Positions 54,099 to 63,169 of a stretch of DNA of 64,000 bases are shown piece after piece (position 1 is the stretch's first letter; each line of letters begins with the position of its first letter). Source of the DNA: Gemmatimonadales bacterium (GTDB taxonomy: Bacteria; Gemmatimonadota; Gemmatimonadetes; Gemmatimonadales; GWC2-71-9). The notes beneath the pieces were generated by a model. The model was not told the origin of the DNA. It saw only the letters and a program-made list of their open reading frames with translations, and did no database searches. The DNA lies in NCBI GenBank assembly GCA_037189525.1, contig JBBCJC010000003.1, positions 704,001-768,000 of the forward strand, written 5' to 3'. Position numbers and translations under genes: made by a program.

Positions 54099-56464
54099 CC
54101 GATAGTACATCGCCCGATTTCGAACCCCGGCGGCCGGCGCTCGTGGCGGCGGTTGTTTTCGTCGTTGCCGCGCTGACCCTCTGCTGGCCGATGCTGCGCG
54201 GCGATTTTCTGATCGGGCAGTACTCGGACATGTACGAGGCAGGGTACGGTTTCCGGATCTTTGCCGCCAACTACTTCCGGGAGTACGGCTCGATTCCGCT
54301 CTGGAATCCGTATCTGATGGGCGGGGTACCGTTCGTCGGGGCCGGCGGCGGCGACATCTTTTACCCGACCGCGTGGCTTCGCTGGATCCTGCCAACCGAT
54401 CTCGCGATCAACCTCGGCTTTGCGGGACATATCGTCCTCGCCGGCGCGGCCGTCTATGCATTGCTGCGCGCGCTTCGGGTCAGCTGGGCCGGCGCGTTGG
54501 TCGGCGGTCTGGCATTTCAGATGACCGGGATCGTCCTGTCACTGGTGCACCCGGGACACGACGGCAAGCTGTTCGTCTCCGCGCTGGCACCGCTGTTGTT
54601 TCTGGCCATCGTTCGCGCGGTGCGCGACGGCTCGATTGTGGGTTACGGTAACATCGCGCTGACCGTGGGTCTCTCGCTGCATGGTCATCCGCAGATGGCG
54701 TACTACCTGCTCGTGGGCGGGCTGATCTGGGGCCTCTTCTGGGTCTTTGGCCCGGAGGGGCCTCGAACGGCAGCAGGCCGAGGCAAAGTGATCGCTGCAA
54801 GCGTGGCGGTGGTGGTCCTCGGGATCGGCCTCTATGCTATCTACGGCATGCCGATGTCTGCGCACGTACCATATAGCCCGCGGGTCGAGGGCGGCGTCAG
54901 CTCCGGATGGGCGCATGCCACCTCGTTTGCACTGCCGCTGTCGGAACTCCCCGGCCTTCTGTTGCCGGCCATCGATGGTGGCGTAACGCCGACCTATTTC
55001 GGTCGGAATGGTCTCAAACTCCATACCGAGTACCTAGGCCCCGTCGCGATCGTCCTCGCGATACTCGGCATGGGTGGCGTGGAGCGAAAGCGGATCCGAC
55101 TCGCGCTGGGAGTCATCGCTGGATTGTTTCTCCTGGTCAGTGTCGGCGGCGGTACACCGTTCTTTCGGCTCTGGTATGCGGTCATGCCAATGTCCGCGAC
55201 GCTTCGAGCGCCCGGCATGGCATTCTTTCTGGTCGCGATGCCGCTCGCGGTCTTTGCCGGGTTCGGAGCGGAGCGGCTCTTCCGCCGTGACATCTCGATT
55301 CCGCGTCTGAGCATCGTTGCCGGGCTGATCGCTTTGCTTGCGTTGCTCGGTGTGATCGGCTTCCTGCAGATGATGGTCGAGGACTGGGCCCGGGGGACAG
55401 GCTATCAGGGCGTTCCGGAAATGGCCATTGCCAATGCGGGCAAGCTTCGCACCGACAGTATTCGTTTGTTGATCGTTACGGCGGTGACCGCTGGTCTGAT
55501 CTGGGCTATTGCACGCGATCGGATTCGCGGTGTGGCCGCAGTTGCCACGATCGGCGCCGTGCTTTGGGCGGATCTTTGGATCGTCGGCAGGCACTCGTTC
55601 GTCTTTTCGCCGGGGGCCAAGGTGACCTACGCCTCCGATCCGATCATGCAGCACTTGGAGCAGATCAAACCGCCTTATCGAGTCTACGCTCCCTCGGCAC
55701 AGTATGCCGGGCTCAGTCCGTACCCGAAGAGCTGGCTGATGGCCGCCGATATTCCGGTGCTCTTCGGCTACCACGGCAACGAGATCCGTTACTTCGACGA
55801 CCTGCTCGGTGGCAAGAACATCTGGCAGAACCAGTTGAGCCCCGCGATGTGGGATCTCTTCGCGGTCCGCTACTTCGTCGTCAAAGAACCCCAGCAGATT
55901 CCGGGGTTCCGTCAGGTCTTGGGGCCGGTCGAGACCCATCATGGCCCGGGATATCTCTTCGAGGCGGAGAATCCTCCGCAGTACGCGAAGGTCATCGCCG
56001 GTGCGATCAAGGTGCCGGACGACGCGATCGTCGAATCCGTGACAGATCAGCGCTTTCCCATCGATCGGGTTCTGATCTATTCGGATACGGCCGGCGTTAC
56101 GCCCCGCGACCTGGGTAACCAGGTGCCGGAACCGTCTGCCCGGCGAGCAGAAGTCACCGAATGGCGCCCGGGTCGGATGCGGGTAACAATCAGTGGCGAC
56201 GCGGCACACGACGAGTATCTGCTGGTTTCGGAGAACTGGTATCCCGACTGGAAAGCCACCCTCGACGGCACTCCGATTCCGGTCCTGCGCGCCAACAATA
56301 CGCTGCTCAGCGTGGTACTCCCGGCCGGCGCCCGCGAAGTCGTCTTCGAGTATGACTCGCGCAGCTATCGACGCGGGCGTGCCGTCAGCATGATGTCCCT
56401 CGTCGGCGTGGCGGCCATTTTCGCGGGAGCGGCGGTCAGGCGGAGAAGGGGTCGCGATGCCTGA
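54095..56464 (+). CDS. YfhO-family GT-C membrane glycosyltransferase
   Basis: PLWNPYLMGG.PF, FYP, GHPQ, multiple TM helices, and C-terminal ENWYPDWKA.LDG...RAN. Confidence 0.85.
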   Translation: MTDSTSPDFEPRRPALVAAVVFVVAALTLCWPMLRGDFLIGQYSDMYEAGYGFRIFAANYFREYGSIPLWNPYLMGGVPFVGAGGGDIFYPTAWLRWILPTDLAINLGFAGHIVLAGAAVYALLRALRVSWAGALVGGLAFQMTGIVLSLVHPGHDGKLFVSALAPLLFLAIVRAVRDGSIVGYGNIALTVGLSLHGHPQMAYYLLVGGLIWGLFWVFGPEGPRTAAGRGKVIAASVAVVVLGIGLYAIYGMPMSAHVPYSPRVEGGVSSGWAHATSFALPLSELPGLLLPAIDGGVTPTYFGRNGLKLHTEYLGPVAIVLAILGMGGVERKRIRLALGVIAGLFLLVSVGGGTPFFRLWYAVMPMSATLRAPGMAFFLVAMPLAVFAGFGAERLFRRDISIPRLSIVAGLIALLALLGVIGFLQMMVEDWARGTGYQGVPEMAIANAGKLRTDSIRLLIVTAVTAGLIWAIARDRIRGVAAVATIGAVLWADLWIVGRHSFVFSPGAKVTYASDPIMQHLEQIKPPYRVYAPSAQYAGLSPYPKSWLMAADIPVLFGYHGNEIRYFDDLLGGKNIWQNQLSPAMWDLFAVRYFVVKEPQQIPGFRQVLGPVETHHGPGYLFEAENPPQYAKVIAGAIKVPDDAIVESVTDQRFPIDRVLIYSDTAGVTPRDLGNQVPEPSARRAEVTEWRPGRMRVTISGDAAHDEYLLVSENWYPDWKATLDGTPIPVLRANNTLLSVVLPAGAREVVFEYDSRSYRRGRAVSMMSLVGVAAIFAGAAVRRRRGRDA

Positions 56465-57176
56465 GCGATACCTCGTCATTCTGCCGACCTACAACGAGAG
56501 CATGAACCTGCCCCAGATCGTCCCGGCGATTCTGGATCAGGATCCGCGACTCGAAGTACTCGTCGTTGACGACAACTCGCCGGATGGAACCGGGGAGCTG
56601 GCCGATCAACTGGCCGCCGCCTTTGCCCGGGTGCACGTGCTCCATCGCGCCGCCAAGGAAGGTCTTGGCAAAGCCTATCTAGCAGGGTTTAGCTGGGGAC
56701 TAGAACAGGGGTACGATCGGCTGCTCGAGATGGATGCGGACTTCTCCCACGATCCCAAATTCCTGCCGCAGATGCTCGCGGCTGCCGACGAATCGGACCT
56801 GGTGATCGGCTCGCGCTACAAGAGTGGAGTCAATGTCATCAACTGGCCGATGTCGCGGCTGTTGCTCTCGTATGGGGCCAATATCTACGTACGGTGGGTG
56901 ACGGGCCTGCCGCTGACCGACGCGACCGGCGGTTTCAAATGCTTCCGCCGAGAAGTCCTCGCAGCGCTCCCGCTCGATCGGGTCCGGTCCAACGGATACG
57001 CCTTTCAGATCGAAATGAGTTTCCGCGCCTGGCGAAAGAAATTTCGCCTGACCGAGATTCCCATCGTCTTTACCGATCGGGTCGAGGGCAGCAGCAAGAT
57101 GAGCAAGGCGATCGTCCGGGAGGCCGTGTGGATGGTCTGGTGGCTCTGGATTGCCGATCGCTTGGGGCGCCTATGA
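56457..57176 (+). CDS. Polyprenol monophosphomannose synthase (DPM1-like GT2)
   Basis: LPTYNE, VDDNSPDGT, GLGKAY, MDADFSHDP, DATGGFK and GSSKMS motifs. Confidence 0.9.
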   Translation: MPERYLVILPTYNESMNLPQIVPAILDQDPRLEVLVVDDNSPDGTGELADQLAAAFARVHVLHRAAKEGLGKAYLAGFSWGLEQGYDRLLEMDADFSHDPKFLPQMLAAADESDLVIGSRYKSGVNVINWPMSRLLLSYGANIYVRWVTGLPLTDATGGFKCFRREVLAALPLDRVRSNGYAFQIEMSFRAWRKKFRLTEIPIVFTDRVEGSSKMSKAIVREAVWMVWWLWIADRLGRL

Positions 57177-57997
57177 GTTCGAACCGATTCTACAAGATGC
57201 AGGGATCCGGCAACGACTTCGTGTTCCTGGATGCCCGAGAGCACCGGCTGGAAGACTGGCCTGTCGAAAGGATTCAGCGGATTACCGATCGCCGGCTGGG
57301 AGTGGGAGCCGACGGTGTCGTCCATCTGGCGCAGACCGGCCCGCAGTCGATCCGGATGATTTACTTCAATGCCGATGGCTCGCGGGTCGATATGTGCGGC
57401 AACGCCGCCCTCTGCAGTACGCGTCTGGCCGTCCGGCTTGACCTGGTCGACGCGGAAACCGAGATCGCGCTCGATGCCGACGCAGGGCGATTCCACAGCC
57501 GAACGGTCGGGACGGGCGCCGATGCGGAGCTGGCGTTTCCGACTGTCGACGTGCCGGCACCCATAGCTATCGAACTCGAGGCCGGCGAGCGCCGAGCGTT
57601 CTTTGGGGTGGTCGGTGTCGCGCACGTCATCGTGCTGGTCGACGACATCGAAGCCGTCGACGTCGCGCGACGCGGCCGGCAGCTGCGTTACTCGGAACAC
57701 TTCGCACCGGACGGCACCAACGTCAACTTCATCGGGCCGATCGATGCCGCCGATGCCGGATGGCGGCTGCGCACTTACGAACGGGGCGTGGAAGCCGAGA
57801 CCCTCGCGTGCGGCACCGGAACCGTCGCGTCGGCTCTGGCATTGGCGAGTGTGGGCCTGCTGACATTGCCGGTCCGGATCCGGTCGTCGAGCGGCGCCGT
57901 CTACGCCATCGACGGCCGCATCGACAGCGGGCGGGCGTACGACCTCTGGCTGCGCGGGCCGGGCCAGCTGGCCTTTGTCGGCGAGTGGGCCGGATGA
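57173..57997 (+). CDS. dapF: Diaminopimelate epimerase
   Basis: FYKMQGSGNDF, GVGADG, NADGS..MCGN and ERGVEAETLACGTG, with both catalytic Cys present. Confidence 0.94.
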   Translation: MSSNRFYKMQGSGNDFVFLDAREHRLEDWPVERIQRITDRRLGVGADGVVHLAQTGPQSIRMIYFNADGSRVDMCGNAALCSTRLAVRLDLVDAETEIALDADAGRFHSRTVGTGADAELAFPTVDVPAPIAIELEAGERRAFFGVVGVAHVIVLVDDIEAVDVARRGRQLRYSEHFAPDGTNVNFIGPIDAADAGWRLRTYERGVEAETLACGTGTVASALALASVGLLTLPVRIRSSSGAVYAIDGRIDSGRAYDLWLRGPGQLAFVGEWAG

Positions 57998-58013
57998 GAC
58001 TGCGGCAGATCGC

Positions 58014-60122
58014 CTAACGCCGGAGCAGCCTGAGGCTGTTGCCGATCACCAGTAGACTGGCGCCAACATCGGCCACGACCGCCATCCACATCGTACCCGC
58101 TCCGACGGCTGTAGCCACCAGAAACACCAGCTTGATGCCGAGCGCCAGGGCGATGTTCTGATAGAGGACTCGTCGTGTCGCCCGCGCGATCCGGACGAAG
58201 GTCGGGATTTTTCGCAGGTCATCGTCGGCGAGGGCGACCCCGGCCGTCTCGATGGCGGTATCCGTTCCAGCCGCTCCCATGGCAAATCCGATGTCGGCCC
58301 GAGCCAGTGCCGGCGCATCGTTGATGCCGTCGCCGGCCATTCCGACACCGCCGCCCCGAGACAGCAGAGCCTCGATTTCCCGGAGTTTGTCGTCCGGCAA
58401 CAGAGCGCCTCTAGCCGTCGTGATGCCGACCTGACGGGCCACCTCGTCGACGTTGTCCTGACGATCGCCACTCAGGATCACCGTCTCGATACCGAACGAC
58501 CGCAGCTGATCGATCGCCTCGCGGCTGCTCGGCTTGACCGTATCCGTCATCACAAACCCGGCACGAACGCCATGCTCGTCGGCCAGCCAGGTCGAGGCCG
58601 GCCGTGTCATCGGCAGGAGAGATATGCCGAGTTCGCCGAGCCAGCGGGCGCTGCCCAGATAGTACCGCTGACCCGCGATGGTTCCAGTGACACCACGACC
58701 CGGCTCAGCCCGGAAGTCGTCGACGGTGGCCTGCCGTACCGAGTCGATGCCGGCGTGGGCGAGGATGGCAGCGGACGCCGGGTGATCCGAGAACGCGGCG
58801 AGACTTGCCGCAACGTGCATCGCGGCCTCGGTGTCCGTCTCGGCGGGAAAATACACCTCAGCGACACCGAGTTGTCCCGACGTCAGCGTGCCGGTCTTGT
58901 CTACTGCGAGCCACCGTAACCGGTGGCCCAGTTCGAGAAACTTGCCGCCTTTGATCAGGATACCGCGACGCGCAGCTGCCGAAAGCCCGCTCACAATGGC
59001 AACGGGAGTCGAGATGACCAGCGCGCAGGGGCAGGCAATGACTAAGAGCACCAGACCGCGATAGATCCAATCACTCCAGGCGCCGGCGCCGAGCAACGGC
59101 GGCAGAACCGCAACCAGCACGGCGCCGAGAAAGACTAGCGGCGTATAGATACGGGCAAAACGGTCGACGAAACGCTGGATCGGTGCTCGGGATCGTTGCG
59201 CGCTTTCGACGCTTCGCAGTACCTGCGCAAGTGCGGTGTCGGTCGCGGCTGCGGTCACCTCGTACTCGAGCGCACCCGTGCCGTTCATCGTGCCGGCAAA
59301 GACCCGGTCGCCGGGCGCGACATCGACGGGGATGCTCTCGCCGGTAATCGGGGCCTGGTCGACCGTTGATACGCCTGCTCGGACAACGCCGTCCAGGGCA
59401 ATGCGTTCACCCGGCCGAGTGCGGACCATGGCCCCGACCGGAACCGTGCTGGCATCGACTTCATCCCAGCGGCTCTCGGCCGTCCGCATCACGGCCGTTG
59501 CCGGAGCCAACGCCAGCAGGTCGCGTATCGCGCGGCGGCTGCGGTCGAGCGCACCGGCCTCCAGTCGCTCCGCAACCGCAAACAGGACCATCACCATCGC
59601 GGCTTCGGGCCATTCGCCGATCAACAATGCGCCGGTCACGGCAATCGCCATCAGCGCATTGATGTTGAGATTCCGGTTGACGAGCGCAACCCACCCTTTG
59701 CGATAGGTGGGCAGTCCGGTCGTTAGGATTGCAGCGGCAGACAGGACCGCCACGGCCCAGTGGAATCCTCCGACCGTCCAATGAACGAGCTCGGCCAGCA
59801 GGGCCGCCGCGCCAGAGAGAAGGAGGGGCCACCACGGCGCCGCGGCGCGATCGACAGGCCCCGTCGCTCTGTCCTGTTTGAGGACCGGATCAAACCCGAG
59901 CGACCGGATGGCCGTGAGGGACCGCGGCAAGGCATCGGGAACATGGGTGAGGGTCAGGGTTCGGCCGATCAGGTCGAAATCCAGACTGTGAATGCCAGGC
60001 AGGCCCGTGAGCTTTGCCCGGATCAGTCCCTCCTCGGTGGGACAATCCATCTGGATGATCGCCAGTGTCGTCTGATGGGTGAGGCAGCCGCACACCAGCT
60101 GATTGCACGCCGTCGCCGTCAT
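58014..60122 (-). CDS. cadA: Heavy-metal (Cd/Zn/Pb) P1B-type ATPase
   Basis: N-terminal MDCPTEE, TGES, CPCALV, DKTGTLT, HP, GDGINDAP, TM Lys and ADVG. ATG at 60122 lies downstream of the MerR promoter. Confidence 0.9.
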   Translation of the reverse strand: MTATACNQLVCGCLTHQTTLAIIQMDCPTEEGLIRAKLTGLPGIHSLDFDLIGRTLTLTHVPDALPRSLTAIRSLGFDPVLKQDRATGPVDRAAAPWWPLLLSGAAALLAELVHWTVGGFHWAVAVLSAAAILTTGLPTYRKGWVALVNRNLNINALMAIAVTGALLIGEWPEAAMVMVLFAVAERLEAGALDRSRRAIRDLLALAPATAVMRTAESRWDEVDASTVPVGAMVRTRPGERIALDGVVRAGVSTVDQAPITGESIPVDVAPGDRVFAGTMNGTGALEYEVTAAATDTALAQVLRSVESAQRSRAPIQRFVDRFARIYTPLVFLGAVLVAVLPPLLGAGAWSDWIYRGLVLLVIACPCALVISTPVAIVSGLSAAARRGILIKGGKFLELGHRLRWLAVDKTGTLTSGQLGVAEVYFPAETDTEAAMHVAASLAAFSDHPASAAILAHAGIDSVRQATVDDFRAEPGRGVTGTIAGQRYYLGSARWLGELGISLLPMTRPASTWLADEHGVRAGFVMTDTVKPSSREAIDQLRSFGIETVILSGDRQDNVDEVARQVGITTARGALLPDDKLREIEALLSRGGGVGMAGDGINDAPALARADIGFAMGAAGTDTAIETAGVALADDDLRKIPTFVRIARATRRVLYQNIALALGIKLVFLVATAVGAGTMWMAVVADVGASLLVIGNSLRLLRR

Positions 60123-60151
60123 CGTCGTCCGATTCCTGATCGCATTGTAGC

Positions 60152-60182
60152 AGCTTACACCCTGAAGTAGCTTTAGGGTCAA
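60152..60182 (-). promoter_or_regulatory. MerR-type promoter/operator (CadR/PbrR box)
   Basis: Minus strand reads TTGACC-19 bp-TAAGCT, with dyad ACCCTAAAG-CTA-CTTCAGGGT spanning the -35 and spacer. Confidence 0.9.
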
Positions 60183-60206
60183 GAGGCTGACGGGAAGGGG
60201 AAAAAA

Positions 60207-60656
60207 ATGACGTTACGGATCGGCGATCTGGCCCGGCGGACCGGGTGCCAGGTCGAGACCATTCGCTACTATGAGCGTCAGGGACTGCTGCCGAAGCCGG
60301 CGCGGAGCCCGGGCAACTATCGCGTCTACGGGCCCGCCCACGTCGAACAGCTGGCGTTCATTCGTCATTGCCGGTCCCTCGATCTGACCTTGGAGGAGAT
60401 CGGCACGCTCCTGCGATACCGGAATTCACCCGTCGGGACCTGTCAGCGGGTCGACGGCCTGGTCGATGCGCACATCGCCGAGATCGAGACTAAGATCGCC
60501 GAGCTGACCGAGCTGCGGGGACAACTGGTCGCTCTCCGGGAGCAGTGCAACGGACCGGTGGAGGGCGGCCAGATCTGCGGGATCCTGCGGGGACTCACCT
60601 CGTGCCAATGCCACGATATGGAGCCCGTAACCGCGAATCCCGGAGGCGATCGATGA
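60207..60656 (+). CDS. cadR: Cd(II)/Pb(II)-responsive MerR-family regulator
   Basis: IGDLA..TGCQVETIRYYE, GNYR.Y, FIRHCRSLD, and conserved Cys (C..V, C..., CGIL); divergent from cadA. Confidence 0.88.
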   Translation: MTLRIGDLARRTGCQVETIRYYERQGLLPKPARSPGNYRVYGPAHVEQLAFIRHCRSLDLTLEEIGTLLRYRNSPVGTCQRVDGLVDAHIAEIETKIAELTELRGQLVALREQCNGPVEGGQICGILRGLTSCQCHDMEPVTANPGGDR

Positions 60657-61897
60657 CCCGGTCCGTCAATGGCGCTCGTCTCCTCGACCGAATTCGGGAC
60701 CTGGGGCAGATCGGCCGAGATGAGGCCGGTCGTCTCATTCGATTGGCTGGGACCGATCAGGATGGCGCGGGACGGGATCAGCTCCGGACCTGGGCGCATC
60801 AGGCGGGCCTCGCGGTCCGGGTCGATCGGATCGGAAACATGTTGCTGGTCTGGGAGGCTGGCGCCGGTGATCCCGTCATGATCGGATCGCACATCGATTC
60901 GGTCATCGATGCAGGCATCTTCGACGGGTCCTATGGCGTTCTGGCCGGCCTGGAGGTCGTGGAAACGTTGCGGGAACAGGGCGTGACGCCACGCCGGCCC
61001 GTCGTGGTCGCGGCGTTCACCAACGAGGAAGGCGTCCGGTACGCTCCCGACATGATGGGGTCGTTGGTCTATGCGGGCGGCTTGAGCGTCGAAGAGGCGC
61101 TGGCGGCAACCGCTCCGGACGGCAACCGACTCGGCGCCGAACTCGAGCGGATCGGCTATGCCGGCTCGGATGAGCCCGGCTGGCTTCGGCCGGCCGCGTA
61201 CCTCGAACTCCACATCGAACAGGGGCCGATCCTCGAGCAGGAGCGGCTGGCCCTCGGCGCGGTCGAGAATCTCCAGGGCATCTCCTGGCAGCGGATCACG
61301 ATCGACGGCACTGCGAACCATGCCGGCACGACGCCGACCTCGCTCCGCCGGGACGCCGGCTATGCCGCGGCTCGGGTGACGACGTTCCTTCGGGATCTCG
61401 CGGTGCAGTCGAACGGATCGACCGTCGCCACGGTCGGCACGATGCAGTATGAGCCTGGGGCCATCAATGTCATCCCGGGGCGCGTCGTGTTTACGGTCGA
61501 CCTGCGGAACCCGGACGAAGCCAAGCTCCAGGCCGCCGAACGCGCCCTGAGCGGATTCCTGGACGAACTGGCGGCGACAGAGCGGGTGGCGATTACGACT
61601 GAGCGCTTGTCACGTTTCGAACCAGTCCGATTCGATCCGGGCTTGGTGGAAATGATCGAGGCGGCCGCCTCGGAGCGTGGAATCCGGGCTCGGCGGATGA
61701 CGTCGGGTGCAGGGCACGATGCCCAGATGATCGCCCGGATTGCGCCGGCGGCCATGATTTTCGTGCCGAGCCGCGATGGGATCAGCCACAATCCTCGCGA
61801 GTTTACATCGGATGACGAACTCGTGGCAGGTGCCAACGTTCTTCTGGACGTGACCGAACGCCTCTCGAATTTGACCGAAATAAGACCACAAGCCTGA
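60653..61897 (+). CDS. M20 Zn-dependent amidohydrolase (allantoate / N-carbamoyl-amino acid hydrolase family)
   Basis: GSHIDSV, DGSYGV, NEEGVR, ELHIEQGP, NHAGTTP, GAGHDA and SHNP.E motifs. Confidence 0.9.
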   Translation: MTRSVNGARLLDRIRDLGQIGRDEAGRLIRLAGTDQDGAGRDQLRTWAHQAGLAVRVDRIGNMLLVWEAGAGDPVMIGSHIDSVIDAGIFDGSYGVLAGLEVVETLREQGVTPRRPVVVAAFTNEEGVRYAPDMMGSLVYAGGLSVEEALAATAPDGNRLGAELERIGYAGSDEPGWLRPAAYLELHIEQGPILEQERLALGAVENLQGISWQRITIDGTANHAGTTPTSLRRDAGYAAARVTTFLRDLAVQSNGSTVATVGTMQYEPGAINVIPGRVVFTVDLRNPDEAKLQAAERALSGFLDELAATERVAITTERLSRFEPVRFDPGLVEMIEAAASERGIRARRMTSGAGHDAQMIARIAPAAMIFVPSRDGISHNPREFTSDDELVAGANVLLDVTERLSNLTEIRPQA

Positions 61898-61899
61898 GC

Positions 61900-61933
61900 A
61901 GTGGGGATGCTTTCCAGAGTTATCCCCACTTTT
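61900..61933 (+). terminator. Intrinsic terminator after the amidohydrolase
   Basis: AGTGGGGAT...ATCCCCACT stem followed by TTT. Confidence 0.6.
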
Positions 61934-61943
61934 CCACCAAATA

Positions 61944-61971
61944 ACTTAACATAATACATCTTATACGACAT
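61944..61971 (-). other. dif: dif site (XerC/XerD chromosome dimer resolution)
   Basis: Minus strand reads ATGTCGTATAA-GATGTA-TTATGTTAAGT (11-6-11). The XerD arm matches E. coli TTATGTTAAAT at 10/11 positions. It is intergenic, between convergent gene blocks. Confidence 0.92.
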
Positions 61972-62111
61972 TTATATGAACAGAAGAAGCCGCCATAGTC
62001 GCCCCCTAGGGCCTCGATAGTGTCTGGCTCGGTGGCTTGGATTGCTTCACCGCACATGTTCTTGAAAGTGTGCCCGACCGCGCCCCGCATGGCTAACCCG
62101 GCAGACGCAGC

Positions 62112-62200
62112 AACGAAAAAGCCCTGGATCTCGGCTGGGCTTCCAGCTGATCGCGTCGAGCTCGGCCAGTCGGACCCAGGCCTCGGCGGTTCCGGGTGTC
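62112..62200. repeat. Direct-repeat copy of the TPR gene 3' end plus terminator tail
   Basis: 62144-62200 vs 62398-62454 match at 54/57 nt; 62112-62128 vs 62338-62354 match at 16/17 nt. Confidence 0.9.
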
Positions 62201-62337
62201 CTTTCGGACGTGCCGCGCTCCGCCCCAGATCCGGCTCGCAAAGGCAGCCGATTCGATCGGTGCGCCCTACACCCGCTCAGACGACATCGATCGCCCGACA
62301 GCGGCGCAACGAATCCACTGGAACGCCAGCCTTCCTG

Positions 62338-62373
62338 AACGAAAAAGCCCCGGACGGCGTGAGCGTCCGGGGC
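62338..62373 (-). terminator. Intrinsic terminator of the TPR gene
   Basis: GCCCCGGACG-7 nt-CGTCCGGGGC 10-bp stem followed on the minus strand by TTTTTCGTT. Confidence 0.85.
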
Positions 62374-62396
62374 CTGTCCACTTCCGCCTGGCTGCT

Positions 62397-63092
62397 TCAG
62401 CTGATCGCGTCGAGCTCGGCCAGTCGGACCCGGGCCTCTGCGGTTCCGGGCGTCTCATCCTTGTTGTTCTTGACGATACCTTCGAGGATGCTCCGAGCCT
62501 CGGCCGTATTACCCTGAGCCCGATAGGTCCTGGCGGCGTTGAGGAGCGCGTCGTTCTTCTGGTACGGCGCCGTGGACAGCTCAGCCGCTTTGACGTACTC
62601 AGCTGCCGCTTCGGCGACCTTCCCGGTGTTTTCGAGGGCGACCGCCAGATGCGAGTGCGCAGCCGACTTGTAGTACGCCGGCGGGTTGCTCGCGATGAAC
62701 TTGCGCAAGTCTTCAATGGCGAGCTCGGCCTGACCCGACAGGAGCCGGACCTGACCCAGGGCCAGCGACGCCTCGAGGCTGGCGTCGGTGCCGCTGAAGG
62801 TTTCCGTGATACGCTGGAACGCCGTGGCGGCGTCCGCATAGCTCCCGGCTTCCATCGAACCGCGCGCCTGATCGAGGGCGTCGAACGCCTGGGCCTGCTT
62901 GCGCCGCCCGCTCTCCATGACGTACCACCCGGCCAGCACCAGGAGGACCAGGACGCCGGCAACGATGCCGATCACCTTCTGCCGAGCCTGCACCCACGCA
63001 ACGAACTGATTGTCGGTATCGGTCATATGTCGGTCGACGCGTTCTACGGCGCTTGATCCCATCGTGGTATGTGATTGTGTGGTCGAGGCCAT
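62397..63092 (-). CDS. Membrane-anchored tetratricopeptide-repeat protein (YfgM-like)
   Basis: Single TM helix followed by TPR-like helical pairs (A..ALGQ, A...LA.ALE..GK, ALLNAAR). Start could be at a downstream Met. Confidence 0.8.
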   Translation of the reverse strand: MASTTQSHTTMGSSAVERVDRHMTDTDNQFVAWVQARQKVIGIVAGVLVLLVLAGWYVMESGRRKQAQAFDALDQARGSMEAGSYADAATAFQRITETFSGTDASLEASLALGQVRLLSGQAELAIEDLRKFIASNPPAYYKSAAHSHLAVALENTGKVAEAAAEYVKAAELSTAPYQKNDALLNAARTYRAQGNTAEARSILEGIVKNNKDETPGTAEARVRLAELDAIS

Positions 63093-63169
63093 CGAGTCCG
63101 GCAGGCCTGTCGTCTATGTCGCCAGCCCGTCCGCCACTGACGTAGCCCTGCAATATAACCTCATGCGAG

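Noticed and set aside
60123..60182. Extended cadA N-terminus from TTG at 60182 (ORF track)
   Set aside because: That TTG is the -35 element of the MerR promoter; ATG at 60122 is the plausible start.
61900..61980. oriC (DnaA-box-like TTATCCCCA and TTTTCCACC plus an AT-rich tract)
   Set aside because: The boxes are imperfect, one lies in a terminator stem, the AT-rich tract is the dif site, and flanking genes converge as at a terminus.
62144..62454. Repeat pair as a diversity-generating retroelement TR/VR
   Set aside because: Mismatches on the coding strand are A/G, C/A and T/C rather than adenine-specific, and no reverse transcriptase gene is in the window.
62020..62517. ORFs 62020-62517(+), 62047-62241(-) and 62196-63056(+) near dif
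   Set aside because: They overlap terminators, the repeat or the TPR gene antisense. The 64-aa minus ORF only reflects the duplicated gene tail.
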